From assembly GCA_963703315.1 (NCBI GenBank), contig OY969811.1, positions 4,416,001-4,480,000 on the forward strand: DNA of 64,000 nt, given 5' to 3'. The notes beneath the pieces are model-generated. The model did not search any database, had not been told where the DNA came from, and saw only the letters and a list, made by a program, of their open reading frames with translations. Shown here in pieces: positions 51,239-61,726 of the stretch. The DNA comes from an uncultured cyanobacterium (GTDB lineage Bacteria; Cyanobacteriota; Cyanobacteriia; Pseudanabaenales; Pseudanabaenaceae). Every line of letters starts with the position of its first letter. Position 1 is the first letter of the stretch. Made by a program: the position numbers and the translations under genes.

Positions 51239-52805
51239 CGCCTAGTGCGATCAGCGCGAGGAAACTACCACTATTCCAAAGGCAATGTAATAGCATCGAA
51301 GAGAGCAGGTTTTTGGAGCGCCAATAGACAAAACCCATCACCATTCCTAAAACGCTCAGGGGAATAATATCGGCAAGATTTAAGTGGGCTAATGCAAATA
51401 AGAATCCACTTAAGGCGATCGCCCCCCAGATTGGTAAAAACTTGGTTAGAGATGGCAATAGAAATCCGCGAAAGAGATATTCCTCAAAAAAGGGCGCAGC
51501 GATCGCGAGGGTTGTCCAGAGTAGGAACTTTGGTAAAACATTCTGGCTTTCTGTCAAAATTGGTAATAGAGGATTGCCACCGCCTTGTCCTTGGAGGAAT
51601 TTTTGGCTAATTACGGAAACAATCAGCACTAAGGGAACTGCTGCAAAATAGCCGCCAATTCCCCATACTAACCACTGAGGTGAAGTGAATTTGAAGCGAA
51701 ACCAACCTTCAGGAAAAGGTCTATAACCAGCAAGACTAAACCGTAAAATTGGCAGCATGGGGATTACAGAAAGTGTATAGGGAATCAGTACCAGTAAAGC
51801 CTGTACCGTAAAATCTTCCCGCGCTCTTGATTCAATTCCTAATAGTTCAAAGCCTAAAGGAAGTAATAATTGCGTCATCAAACAAAAGGCAGTAAACCAT
51901 AAAACCATGACTTCCCAAGTTGTCTCGATTCCCCAAGGGACTTGCCAAGTAAGTTGATTAGATTCTGCTTCTAGATCATTCTTAGCAGAAAACGGAGAAG
52001 ATTTGCGAAAGAAAATCCATTGGACTAGTAATCCTAACCATATTAAAACTCCGACACTACCACCAATGAGAGGGATCGAGTTGACAATGACTAAACGATT
52101 AATCGCAGAATTTACTTCTATTTGTGCTTGTTGTTCGAGATTAGATAATAGTTCTGTTCTTTGTTGAGCTTGATAAAGTTTGGTCAATGCGAATTTGCGA
52201 TACCACCCATCCAGAGTTCGTCGAAGCTGGTTTTCGGCATTGGGGAATAGCATGGTCGGCTCTGACCATAAGCCTTTGAGGATTTGGGCAGTTAATCCAT
52301 GGGTACTCATCGATTGACCTTCCAGTTCACTAATGCTTGACCATGTAGCGATCGCCCCTTGAATGTCCCCTGTTTGGACTTGGAGCAATCCTGTCCGCAC
52401 TGTGATTTCACTCACACTAGTCAGCTTCTTTTGTCGTTGTTTAGCAATAAATTGCGAATCATCGGCAGTAGTTATTTTTTCTGAAGATAGGCGATCGAGA
52501 GTAGATTTACTTGCCTTCAGTACTTCTTGATAACTGGTCAGAGATTGGCGATAAATATCTTGTGGTTTACCATCACTGAGTAAAGATTGGAAGATATCTC
52601 CAGATTTATCGGTTACTGAATCTGGACTCTGGATAGCCTGCAAAATCAAATCTGTTTGTAATAAATCTAATTTTGTCTGCTCCTGTGGATTGTTCCAACT
52701 TGCCTGTAGTGTGAGGACAATAAAAAAAACAGACAATAAGCTGAGAACGCTTAATAGTAATGACTTTGCATTCAAAGATTTATCGTTTAACGGCTTAGAA
52801 TCCAT
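51231..52805 (-). CDS. CPBP (Abi/CAAX) family intramembrane metalloprotease
   Basis: 'APFFEEYLFRG', 'FALAH', 'HCLWN'. Confidence 0.9.
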   Translation of the reverse strand: MDSKPLNDKSLNAKSLLLSVLSLLSVFFIVLTLQASWNNPQEQTKLDLLQTDLILQAIQSPDSVTDKSGDIFQSLLSDGKPQDIYRQSLTSYQEVLKASKSTLDRLSSEKITTADDSQFIAKQRQKKLTSVSEITVRTGLLQVQTGDIQGAIATWSSISELEGQSMSTHGLTAQILKGLWSEPTMLFPNAENQLRRTLDGWYRKFALTKLYQAQQRTELLSNLEQQAQIEVNSAINRLVIVNSIPLIGGSVGVLIWLGLLVQWIFFRKSSPFSAKNDLEAESNQLTWQVPWGIETTWEVMVLWFTAFCLMTQLLLPLGFELLGIESRAREDFTVQALLVLIPYTLSVIPMLPILRFSLAGYRPFPEGWFRFKFTSPQWLVWGIGGYFAAVPLVLIVSVISQKFLQGQGGGNPLLPILTESQNVLPKFLLWTTLAIAAPFFEEYLFRGFLLPSLTKFLPIWGAIALSGFLFALAHLNLADIIPLSVLGMVMGFVYWRSKNLLSSMLLHCLWNSGSFLALIALGGK

Positions 52806-52851
52806 TCTTTTATTTTAGACAAGAGGACAGGGCAAAACACTGCTCATCCTA

Positions 52852-53172
52852 TCATTTCGAGCTTGTAAACCGCAAACCAGCTATGCCGAAAACAATTAGG
52901 CTGATACAGACAAATCTTGGCAAGTCGCGAGGTTCTCCTAAAAATAGGGAGCCAACGATCGCCGTTCCCACGACCCCGATACCTGTCCATACGGCGTAAC
53001 CTGTGCCTACGGGTAAGGTTTTTAAAGCTTGAGCAAGGAGAATAAAGCTGGCGACAAGAGTGGAGAGAGTAAGCAAACTAGGTATAGGCTTGGTCAAGCC
53101 ATCAGTATATTTGAGGCTGCTAGCCCAGACAATTTCCAAAAGTCCCGCAATAATTAAATTAATCCAATCCAT
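52852..53172 (-). CDS. SMR family transporter, SugE/Gdx-like
   Basis: 'AGLLEIVWA..LKY', 'LPVGTGYAVWTGIG'. Confidence 0.88.
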   Translation of the reverse strand: MDWINLIIAGLLEIVWASSLKYTDGLTKPIPSLLTLSTLVASFILLAQALKTLPVGTGYAVWTGIGVVGTAIVGSLFLGEPRDLPRFVCISLIVFGIAGLRFTSSK

Positions 53173-53236
53173 TGTTATATTTTTTCCTAACACTAAAAGT
53201 AAAAATGGCATAGCCATTTTTACTTTTGAAAACCAT

Positions 53237-53273
53237 GATGAGGTAGGCGGCGCTTTGCGCCGCCTACCTCATC
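53237..53273. terminator. Palindrome mirroring the last 10 nt of the P1B-ATPase gene
   Basis: gatgaggtaggcggcgc-ttt-gcgccgcctacctcatc. Confidence 0.8.
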
Positions 53274-55630
53274 TTCTTCAATGATAGCGAACTCATAACC
53301 ACGCTTACGGAACTTAGAGCCATTGCTAAACCTGCGATCGTGGGATTGAGAGAGATGCCGAAACTAGGATAGAGAATTCCTGCGGCAATGGGGATCGCCA
53401 AAGTGTTGTAAGCAAACGCCCAGAACAGATTTTGGCGAATTTTATTAAAAGTAGCGCGGCTAAGCTCGATCGCAGGGACAACATCGCTCAAACCATTACG
53501 CATTAACACAATATCGGCGGTTTCCATTGCCACATCGGTTCCTGAACTGAGGGCAATGCCAACGGTGGCACTGGCGAGGGCAGGGGCATCATTCACGCCA
53601 TCACCCACCATCGCCACACGCTGACCATCATTTAATAATTTACGGATCGCCTCAGCTTTACCATCGGGTTTGACTTCCGCGATCGCCCGTTCTGGAGAAA
53701 TACCTAACTGTTGGGCGATCGCCTGAGCCGTTTCTTGGCGATCGCCTGTGAGCATCCACACCTGTAAACCCATTGATTCAATTTGACGGATAACTTCATT
53801 GGCTTCAGGTTTGAGGCGATCGCGGATGGCAATGATGCCCAATAAATCCAAAGTATTAGCCCCAATTGCTACAAATATCGGAGTTTTCCCTGCTTGGGCT
53901 AGCTGCTGCGATCGCGCTGACATCTCGCTCGGAATTTCCACTTGGCGATCGCCTAACCATGCCGCATTACCCACCAAAATCGTTTCACCAGTTACAAGTT
54001 GAGCTTCCACGCCACAACCTGCCACAATTTGCGAAGACTTAGTTGGTAATAGCTCAATATTTAACTCTTGAGCTTTCGCGATCGTCGCTGCACCAAGAAT
54101 ATGATTTGCGCCAACCTCAGCACTCGCCGCTAGTTGTAAAACTCTTAAGGCTGATGTCGGCACTTCGCGATCAACGAGACTTTTAAAAGTGGTTTGATCG
54201 ATCATTGTGCGCCCAAAAACGATTAAGTCATTGGTAAGAACATCCGTAACTTCAGGCTTACCCGTTGTTAAAGTACCAGTCTTATCAAAAACTACTGCTG
54301 ATAGCTGATCAATTTTTTCGAGGCTTGCCCCACCTTTAATTAAAATTCCTTTTTCTGCGCCCATGCCTGTACCGACCATGATTGCTGTCGGTGTGGCTAA
54401 ACCCAAGGCACAGGGACAAGCTACTACCAAAACCGCGATCGCTAAGCGCAAACTAAATACGATCTCTGCATGAAGTAATCCGTACCAAATCAGAAAAGTC
54501 AAAGCCGAGATTGCCATTACCGAGTAGGCAAAATATCCCGCCACGCGATCGGCTAAGTACTGGATTGGGGCTTTGCTTGCCTGTGCCGACTCCACGAGCG
54601 ACACAATTCGCGCCAAGGTTGTGTCTGCACCAGTTTGTAAAACTTGGACAGTGATTGCCCCTGTCAAATTGAGGGTTGCGCCTGTCACCTTTGCGCCGAC
54701 TTGCTTAGCAACGGGCATTGATTCGCCTGTGAGCATTGACTCATCAACGCTAGAACTACCGCTAATAATTTCGCCATCGACAGGAATTTTTTCGCCAGAC
54801 CACACCACAATGCGATCGCCGACTTGCAAATCTTCTACCGCCATCGGCACTTGGATTTCGCCATCGGTAGAATTTACGAGCAATCTGGCACTAGCGGGCT
54901 GTAGCTCCATTAGAGATCGGATTGCATTGGAGGCTTTCCCCTTAGCTCGTTCTAATAATGCTTGCCCCAACAGCACGAACCCCAAAAGCATCACTGGCTC
55001 TTCAAAAAAGCATTGCCAACCTAGCTGGGGTACATATAAGGCGATCGTGCTGGCTAAATATGCGGAAATCGTCCCTAGTCCCACCAAGGAGTTCATGTTT
55101 GGGGCGCGATACCACAAAGACTTCAAGCCATCCCACCAGATTGGGCGACCGACCCAGCCGAGGGCTACGGTCGAAACTAGCCAATGGACGTACATATTGC
55201 CCAATAGAGGCAAGTCCACCACGCCGATTAGTCCCAAATGTCCCGCGATCGCCAAAATTACTAACGATGCAGGAATCGCGATTTCTTGATTAATGCCAAA
55301 CCACAAAGTTTTTGGCACTGCGGTCGAACTCTGAGATTTAAGCTTTGACTGGCGATCGCGTTGATCAATCAACTCTGCTGCAAAGCCTGCCTTAGCGATC
55401 GCCTCAATTAACGGTGGTGCAAAATCCTTTGGTGCGGCTTCACTGCCATAAACTACAGTTGCTTTCTCGGTCAGTAAATTCACACTTGCTGCCTTGACCC
55501 CATCACAGGCAAGTAAGCGTTTTTCCACCACTCCTACACAGCCCGCACATTTCATTCCTGCGATCGCGAGGGTCAGAGAACTAGACTGCGAATTGATTGT
55601 TTCTATTGCGATTAATTGAGTCACTGTCAC
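53264..55630 (-). CDS. Cu(+)-type P1B heavy-metal ATPase (CtaA-like)
   Basis: 'GMKCAGC' HMA, 'TGES', 'CPCALG', 'DKTGT', 'GDGVND', 'YN', 'MALSS'. Confidence 0.92.
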   Translation of the reverse strand: MTVTQLIAIETINSQSSSLTLAIAGMKCAGCVGVVEKRLLACDGVKAASVNLLTEKATVVYGSEAAPKDFAPPLIEAIAKAGFAAELIDQRDRQSKLKSQSSTAVPKTLWFGINQEIAIPASLVILAIAGHLGLIGVVDLPLLGNMYVHWLVSTVALGWVGRPIWWDGLKSLWYRAPNMNSLVGLGTISAYLASTIALYVPQLGWQCFFEEPVMLLGFVLLGQALLERAKGKASNAIRSLMELQPASARLLVNSTDGEIQVPMAVEDLQVGDRIVVWSGEKIPVDGEIISGSSSVDESMLTGESMPVAKQVGAKVTGATLNLTGAITVQVLQTGADTTLARIVSLVESAQASKAPIQYLADRVAGYFAYSVMAISALTFLIWYGLLHAEIVFSLRLAIAVLVVACPCALGLATPTAIMVGTGMGAEKGILIKGGASLEKIDQLSAVVFDKTGTLTTGKPEVTDVLTNDLIVFGRTMIDQTTFKSLVDREVPTSALRVLQLAASAEVGANHILGAATIAKAQELNIELLPTKSSQIVAGCGVEAQLVTGETILVGNAAWLGDRQVEIPSEMSARSQQLAQAGKTPIFVAIGANTLDLLGIIAIRDRLKPEANEVIRQIESMGLQVWMLTGDRQETAQAIAQQLGISPERAIAEVKPDGKAEAIRKLLNDGQRVAMVGDGVNDAPALASATVGIALSSGTDVAMETADIVLMRNGLSDVVPAIELSRATFNKIRQNLFWAFAYNTLAIPIAAGILYPSFGISLNPTIAGLAMALSSVSVVMSSLSLKKMR

Positions 55631-56124
55631 AAACTTGTATCTAAACTTATCGGAAAAAATTTAATGAAGTGTGGCACTTTGCGCCGCACTTTATTTTTTT
55701 AAGTGTGATTTTGCTATGTCTAGCTAGTACTAAAAGCTGATAGCCACAGAGCAGTACATAGAGTTAGCATATACGGAAATCTAGTGCGATGGATTGGGTC
55801 ATTATTTCTAATACAGACTTTCAATGTTTTGCTTTTTGTCTAATTTCCTAGCTCCACCTGTGTGACTGCTAAACTTATAAGTAGGCTAAGGTTATCGGAA
55901 GAAGCACGATCTGCTACTAATACTAGCCTCTAGTTCGATACAACTTATAAAACAATTAAAAGTCGTCAAGAGCTACAAAATTGATAATGCCGCCTAAATA
56001 TCGATTTTTTGTATTTGCGCTATTCAAAAATTATGGGTAAATATTTGCCCCTAGTTTATCCAAAATTTCGCTAGGTTTTAGGCTTGACCCAATGGTTCAA
56101 AATTCTCTGACACTGAGTTAGCTA

Positions 56125-57009
56125 ATGTCCATTTCTGACAGCGAGTTTTCTATTTATTTTTGGGGTGTGCGCGGTAGCATAGCTACACCTGGTTCAGATA
56201 CGGTGCGCTATGGTGGTAATACTCCATGTGTAGAAGTGCGCTGTCAAGGTAAACGGATTATTTTTGATGGTGGCACAGGAATTAGGGTTTTAGGTCAGCA
56301 TTTATTAAAACAAATGCCCGTTGAAGCTAGTATTTTCTTTACCCATAGCCATTGGGATCACGTTCAAGGATTTCCTTTTTTTACGCCTGCTTTTATCAAA
56401 GGCAATCTTTTCAAGATTTACGGCAAAATTGCGCCTACTGGACAAACGATGCAAGATCGTCTAGAGGAGCAAATGCACCATCCTAATTTTCCAGTTCCCT
56501 TACGGGTAATGGCCTCCTGCCTTGAGTTTTTTGATGTTGATGTACCGAGCGTCATCGAGATTGGCAATGGCGTAAAGGTGGAGACGGGACTGCTCAATCA
56601 TCCTGGAGAGGCAACGGGGTATCGAGTGAGTTGTGGCGATCACGCTGTGGTTTATGCCACCGATACAGAACACTTTAGCGATCGCCTTGATGAAAATCTG
56701 TTATATCTAGCGCGTAATGCTGATGTCTTGATCATGGATGCGACTTACTCTGATGAGGAATATTGGTCAAGTTCATCGCCAAAAGTGGGTTGGGGACATT
56801 CAACATGGCAAGAGGCGATCAAGATTGCTGAGGCAGCCAATGTCAAAACTCTAGTCATTTTTCACCATGATCCTTTACATAGTGATGATCATTTAGATGA
56901 AGTTGGGCGGCTCGCTAAAGAAAAATTTGGTGGGGCAGTGATTGCAAGGGAGGGTATGTGTATTTCGATTCCGATTCGTGCGGATGCCAAGCCTTTGGTG
57001 AGGGTCTAA
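56125..57009 (+). CDS. MBL-fold metallo-hydrolase
   Basis: 'FWGVRGS', 'YGGNTPC', 'THSHWDH', 'WGHS', 'FHHDP'. Confidence 0.9.
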   Translation: MSISDSEFSIYFWGVRGSIATPGSDTVRYGGNTPCVEVRCQGKRIIFDGGTGIRVLGQHLLKQMPVEASIFFTHSHWDHVQGFPFFTPAFIKGNLFKIYGKIAPTGQTMQDRLEEQMHHPNFPVPLRVMASCLEFFDVDVPSVIEIGNGVKVETGLLNHPGEATGYRVSCGDHAVVYATDTEHFSDRLDENLLYLARNADVLIMDATYSDEEYWSSSSPKVGWGHSTWQEAIKIAEAANVKTLVIFHHDPLHSDDHLDEVGRLAKEKFGGAVIAREGMCISIPIRADAKPLVRV

Positions 57010-57082
57010 TCTGGCAGTAGGTACAGGGCAATTTATGGCGATCGCGATAAAATAGGGCTAGCAAATAAACTAGCTCAGCAAA

Positions 57083-57583
57083 ATGATCTCTTCGCAGATA
57101 AAGACTAACCCCCATCTAGACAACTCCTCAACTTGGACCATTAATTGGAAAATTAAGCTGCTATATGACGGTGCTTGTCCCCTCTGTGTGCGCGAAGTTA
57201 ACTTTTTAAAACGCAAAGATGGCGATCGCGGGTTGATTAAATTTGTGGATATCGCCGCCGATGACTATGACCCTGTGGATAATGCAGGGATTGACTTTGA
57301 GACGGCAATGGGACGGATTCATGCCATATTGCCTGATGGTGAAATTATTCAAAATGTCGAAGTATTTCGCCAAACCTACGACATTCTTGGCATTGGTTGG
57401 ATTTATGCGATTACCAAATTGCCACTGGTCGGACGCTTAGCCGATGCTCTCTACGGAATTTGGGCAGACTACCGCCTCTTGCTCACAGGACGTACCGACT
57501 TAAAAACTATTATTGCGGAACGGGAGCAAAGACAAAAAGGTTGTCATGATAATTGCGCGATCGCCAATCAGGAAACATCATGA
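57083..57583 (+). CDS. DCC1-like thiol-disulfide oxidoreductase (DUF393)
   Basis: 'LLYDGACPLCVREV', 'AMGRIH'. Confidence 0.88.
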   Translation: MISSQIKTNPHLDNSSTWTINWKIKLLYDGACPLCVREVNFLKRKDGDRGLIKFVDIAADDYDPVDNAGIDFETAMGRIHAILPDGEIIQNVEVFRQTYDILGIGWIYAITKLPLVGRLADALYGIWADYRLLLTGRTDLKTIIAEREQRQKGCHDNCAIANQETS

Positions 57584-58053
57584 TTATTGCTTGGTTAGCG
57601 ATCGCGGTGATGTGCTTGGCAATTGGCTTTGCATTGAATAAGCTTTATCCTGCGGACTATAAATGGTTTATGCGATTACGCCGCCCCCGATGGCTCACCT
57701 TTGAGAAGGCAATTCCCTTAATTTGGATCGCGATTTTTATCTGTGGGATCACTTCTGCCGCAGTGTTATGGCAGACCCAACCAGCGACGGTTAGCACGTG
57801 GTTATTCATGGCTGGCTATGCGATCGTGGAAATTGCGGTTTTAGCCTATACCCCAGTGATGACTCGTTTACGAAATGTGAGGATCGGGGCAATCACGGGA
57901 GCGATCGGTTTTATATTAGGAGGGATTTTAACGGCACAGGTTTGGCAAGTTTCCAGCTTGGCAGGATGGCTTTTAGTGCCATATTTGCTATGGAGTCCTG
58001 TGGGTACTTATGTAACGTGGGTGATGGCAAGACTCAATCCACCCGAAATTTAG
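57580..58053 (+). CDS. TspO/MBR family protein
   Basis: 'WF.RLRRPRWLTFE..IP.IW', 'LLVPYLLW...LN'; ATGA overlap with upstream gene. Confidence 0.88.
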   Translation: MIIAWLAIAVMCLAIGFALNKLYPADYKWFMRLRRPRWLTFEKAIPLIWIAIFICGITSAAVLWQTQPATVSTWLFMAGYAIVEIAVLAYTPVMTRLRNVRIGAITGAIGFILGGILTAQVWQVSSLAGWLLVPYLLWSPVGTYVTWVMARLNPPEI

Positions 58054-58118
58054 TTCTATCAGGAGAGGCGGCGCGAAGTGCTGCCTCTCCTGAATATACA
58101 AGATAGGAAAATCCGAGT

Positions 58119-59153
58119 ATGACAGTTAAGCATTTAAAGATTCTGCACCAGCATAATTTGTCGATAAATCCCACGTTTGAAAAAGATGGTCATGACGTTG
58201 TTCAAGGATTAACGGCAATTCCCAAAACTCTTCCGCCCAAATATTTTTATGATGATCGCGGCTCGGAGTTATTTGAGCAAATTTGCGAACTTCCTGAATA
58301 CTATCCAACGCGCACCGAAGCATGGATATTGAATGAATATGCTGATGAAATTGCGGCAATTACAGGCTCCTGCGAATTAGTAGAACTAGGTAGTGGAAGT
58401 TCGACAAAAACCAATTTTCTGTTAAATGCTTATCAAAAAGTAGCTAATTCTTTACCTGAACAAATACCTAATGCTTTTAGTTATATTCCCATTGATGTAA
58501 GTGGCGGGATTCTCAAAACTACGGTCTTACATTTACAGGGTAAATATCCCAAGCTCACCCTTGAAGGCTTAATTGGTACATACGAAGAAGCGTTGTTGTA
58601 TCTTGGCAAAAACCATCAGCGATCGCGCATGATTTTCTTTTTAGGTAGTTCCATTGGTAACTTTACAGAAGTCGAATCTAACGACTTCTTAAGCAAAGTT
58701 TCCCATGCGTTAACTCAAGGTGATTACTTCTTATTAGGAATTGATTTGCAAAAGCCTAAAGGTATTTTGGAAGCTGCCTATAATGATGCTCAAGGAGTGA
58801 CGGCTGCCTTTAATTTGAATATGCTTGCTCATTTGAATTGGCGTTTTCAGGGCAACTTCGATCTTGACTTGTTTAAACATCAGGCAATTTATAATGAAGT
58901 CGATCATCAAATTGAAATGTATTTGCATTCTCAAGGCGCTCATCAAGCATCTTTAGATATTCTCGATCTTACAGTTCAATTTGAAGCTGATGAAAGTATT
59001 CTCACAGAAATTTCCCGTAAGTTTGATCTAGAAGATATGCAAACACAACTGCGATCGCAAGGTTTAGAAACTGTCAAAATCTGGACAGATCCTCAAAAAT
59101 GGTTTGGCTTAGTTCTTTGTCAAGTTCCCCATAAGCACCTCGAAAACATCTAA
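58119..59153 (+). CDS. egtD: L-histidine N-alpha-methyltransferase EgtD
   Basis: 'PPKYFYDDRGSELFEQI..LPEYYPTRTE', 'ELGSGSSTKT', 'AYNDAQGVTAAFNLN', 'TEISRKF'. Confidence 0.92.
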   Translation: MTVKHLKILHQHNLSINPTFEKDGHDVVQGLTAIPKTLPPKYFYDDRGSELFEQICELPEYYPTRTEAWILNEYADEIAAITGSCELVELGSGSSTKTNFLLNAYQKVANSLPEQIPNAFSYIPIDVSGGILKTTVLHLQGKYPKLTLEGLIGTYEEALLYLGKNHQRSRMIFFLGSSIGNFTEVESNDFLSKVSHALTQGDYFLLGIDLQKPKGILEAAYNDAQGVTAAFNLNMLAHLNWRFQGNFDLDLFKHQAIYNEVDHQIEMYLHSQGAHQASLDILDLTVQFEADESILTEISRKFDLEDMQTQLRSQGLETVKIWTDPQKWFGLVLCQVPHKHLENI

Positions 59154-59186
59154 AACCTTTGGCGCACGTGCGCCAAAGGTTTTAGA
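59149..59186. repeat. Perfect 38-bp palindrome overlapping the egtD stop
   Basis: tctaaaacctttggcgcac|gtgcgccaaaggttttaga. Confidence 0.9.
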
Positions 59187-59212
59187 GTTTGAATAATTTT
59201 GGATTCATTCTT

Positions 59213-60556
59213 ATGCAACCACCAGATCTCCACTATTGCGATCGCCAAGATATTCTTGCTTATTTTCAACGTGCTTGGCAAATTGAAGATCAGTTAATGA
59301 GAAGTTTAATTAGTCCCCAGACTTTTTATCTCAATCCTGATCCCTTACGCAATTTATTGATTTTCTATTTAGGACATTCTGCTGTTTTTTATATCAATAA
59401 ATTAGTCAGAGTTGATCTATTTACCCAAAGAATCAATCCTCATTTTGAAAGTCTGTTTGAAATCGGAGTCGATCCCGAAAAGCCCGAAGAAATTGCCAGT
59501 ATTTTCGATAATCTTCGTCAAGTTAAGGTTGTTGACGTTTGGGCATATCGTCAGCAAGTCCATGACAGAGTTAGCGAATTTATTAATAATTTGGCGATCG
59601 CCTTACCAATCAGTCCAGCGCATCCACTCTGGGCATTGATGATGGCGATCGAGCATCAGTATATCCATATTGAAACTTCATCAATGTTGATTCGCCAATT
59701 ACCTGTTGAGACGTTACAACGTCCTGAAGGTTGGCAATATGCCCCCGCTAATGGCTACACCAAACCCAATGAGATGATTGAGATTACAGGCGGGACTGTG
59801 TGCTTCGGTAAACCGCAGGATTCTCGTATCTATGGTTGGGATATCGAATATGGCGATCGCACAGTGAATGTGGCAACTTTTCAAGCTAGTAAATATCTGA
59901 TCACGAATGCTGAGTTTCTCGAATTTGTCAAAGATGGTGGTTATGAGAATCAAAACTATTGGCATGAATCAGCATGGCAATGGAAAATTCAGCACAATAT
60001 TAAGCATCCTAAGTTCTGGATTCCTCTAAACAATCAGCAACCTGATGAGTATCCCCAGTACAAATATCGCGCTATGTTTGATGAAATTTCGATGCCCTTT
60101 GACTTTCCTGTGGAGGTCAATCATCATGAGGCGATCGCCTATTGTCGTTGGAAAGGCAATAACTTCCGTCTCATGAGTGAAGCAGAATATAATCTCGCAA
60201 CCTACGGAACTTCAGGTTTACTCTCACCACAAGCAACAGATAATTCTAATTTTAATCTCAATTTAAAATTCAGTTCGCCCAATCCTGTGGGATATCTAGA
60301 AACATTGCCAAGTCCATCAGGACTATCCGATTTACGAGGTAATGTCTGGGAATGGTTGAGCGATCATCTAACACCTCTCTCTGGCTATCAATCCCATTAT
60401 TTGTATGAAAACTATTCCGCTCCATATTTTGATACTAAGCACAATATGATGGCTGGAGGCTCATGGATTACCAGTGGTACAGAAGCTTGTCAATATTATC
60501 GCAACTGGTTCCGTCCGCACTTCTATCAACACGCAGGGTTTAGAATAGCTAAATAG
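59213..60556 (+). CDS. Short OvoA-type sulfoxide synthase (DinB-like + FGE-like), no methyltransferase domain
   Basis: 'LRNLLIFYLGHSAVFYINKL', 'FEIGVD', 'EHQYIHIETSS', 'YGWDIEYG', ends at 'FRPHFYQHAGFR'. Confidence 0.85.
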   Translation: MQPPDLHYCDRQDILAYFQRAWQIEDQLMRSLISPQTFYLNPDPLRNLLIFYLGHSAVFYINKLVRVDLFTQRINPHFESLFEIGVDPEKPEEIASIFDNLRQVKVVDVWAYRQQVHDRVSEFINNLAIALPISPAHPLWALMMAIEHQYIHIETSSMLIRQLPVETLQRPEGWQYAPANGYTKPNEMIEITGGTVCFGKPQDSRIYGWDIEYGDRTVNVATFQASKYLITNAEFLEFVKDGGYENQNYWHESAWQWKIQHNIKHPKFWIPLNNQQPDEYPQYKYRAMFDEISMPFDFPVEVNHHEAIAYCRWKGNNFRLMSEAEYNLATYGTSGLLSPQATDNSNFNLNLKFSSPNPVGYLETLPSPSGLSDLRGNVWEWLSDHLTPLSGYQSHYLYENYSAPYFDTKHNMMAGGSWITSGTEACQYYRNWFRPHFYQHAGFRIAK

Positions 60557-60595
60557 GTTGATGGGCGGCGCAAAGCGCCGCCCATCAACCTATTT
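60551..60595. terminator. Perfect palindrome spanning both stop codons of a convergent pair
   Basis: aaaTAGgttgatgggcggcgc-aaa-gcgccgcccatcaacCTAttt. Confidence 0.88.
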
Positions 60596-61726
60596 GATGA
60601 CAGGTAATTCGATATTTACAGTTGTCTCTCGACCATAGATACTCGATACCGAAAACTTACCTCCATGAATTTCAATGATTTTCTTCGCTATTTTTAAACC
60701 TAGTCCAATCCCTTGCTGTTCATAATACCTGCGTTCAAATTGAATAAAAGCACCGATTCTATTAATTTGTTCTTCAGTCATGCCCCTACCGCGATCGCAA
60801 ATTGACAGATGCAATACATCATTTTCCACGCGACTTCTAATAGTGACAGGAGTATTTACTTGAGAAAATTTCAAAGCATTGTCTACTAATTCATTAATCA
60901 AGCTGAGAAAATATTTGTCATCCATCGCAATTTCTGCGGGTTCTAGATCTAATACTAGATCATCCAAACGATTACTAGTTATAGATCTACAAGCATTAGG
61001 AATAAATATATGCGTTGGAAGATTTACATAAGGCTTATAGTATCCTTGCTCAATTTTGGGATTAAGTGCAAGAGTCTCCAGCTTGGCATATTGTAAAAAC
61101 CTTTTAGTTAAATTTTCTAGCCGTCCAATTGATATTTGTGCTAGGGTCAACCATTCCTGAATCTCCTCTGACTTCATACTTTGGTGTTCATTCATGACAA
61201 TCCCCAAAGCACCAAATACCCCATTGAGAGGTGTACTAAGTTCATGGGGAAGTGTAGAAGATAAATTTCCGCACAATTCATCCATGTTGTTTTGTAGGAG
61301 ATTAATCGTGTTTTCTTGTAGTTTTGATAAAGTACTAATCTGATCGTATTGTTGCTTAATTCGCAACATCGATTTAATTCTTGCCCCCAGTTCTATCCGA
61401 TCAACAGGTTTACTGATAAAGTCATCTGCCCCCGACTCTAAACATAGTGCAATATCTTTCTTGGCAGTAAGTGCCGTCACCATGATAATGGGTATATGCT
61501 TCCATTCTGTCATTGATTTGAGGCGACGGCAGACTTCAATCCCATCGATTTTAGGCATCATCACATCGAGCAAAATTACATCAGGCTGATAATCCCCAAT
61601 TGTATCTAGGGCTTCTTGTCCACTGGATACATAATGTAATTGATAGGCTTGATTGCTCAAAAGCACTTGAATTACATCAAAATTGTAGATTTCATCATCA
61701 ATTACTAAAATAGAAGACATATTCAT
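60590..61726 (-). CDS. Hybrid response regulator / histidine kinase (REC-HisKA-HATPase)
   Basis: 'ILVIDD', 'LLDVMMP', 'HELSTPLNG', 'DNALKFS', 'GIGLGL'. Confidence 0.92.
   Translation of the reverse strand: MNMSSILVIDDEIYNFDVIQVLLSNQAYQLHYVSSGQEALDTIGDYQPDVILLDVMMPKIDGIEVCRRLKSMTEWKHIPIIMVTALTAKKDIALCLESGADDFISKPVDRIELGARIKSMLRIKQQYDQISTLSKLQENTINLLQNNMDELCGNLSSTLPHELSTPLNGVFGALGIVMNEHQSMKSEEIQEWLTLAQISIGRLENLTKRFLQYAKLETLALNPKIEQGYYKPYVNLPTHIFIPNACRSITSNRLDDLVLDLEPAEIAMDDKYFLSLINELVDNALKFSQVNTPVTIRSRVENDVLHLSICDRGRGMTEEQINRIGAFIQFERRYYEQQGIGLGLKIAKKIIEIHGGKFSVSSIYGRETTVNIELPVIK

Noticed and set aside
53173..53263. Guanidine riboswitch upstream of the SugE/Gdx-like gene
   Set aside because: Only an AT-rich hairpin (aaaagtaaaaatggc-N3-gccatttttactttt) and a GC-core palindrome are visible; no twin ACGR-loop hairpins or ykkC-like consensus. 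An Rfam scan would settle it.
54573..55289. 238-aa ORF antisense to the P1B ATPase, and similar shadow ORFs such as 28922..29464
   Set aside because: They lie fully opposite well-supported genes and show no recognisable motifs.
55631..56124. ncRNA in the ~490-bp divergent intergenic region
   Set aside because: Only a decayed GC-core hairpin at 55667..55691 is visible; no tRNA or known RNA motif was recognisable.
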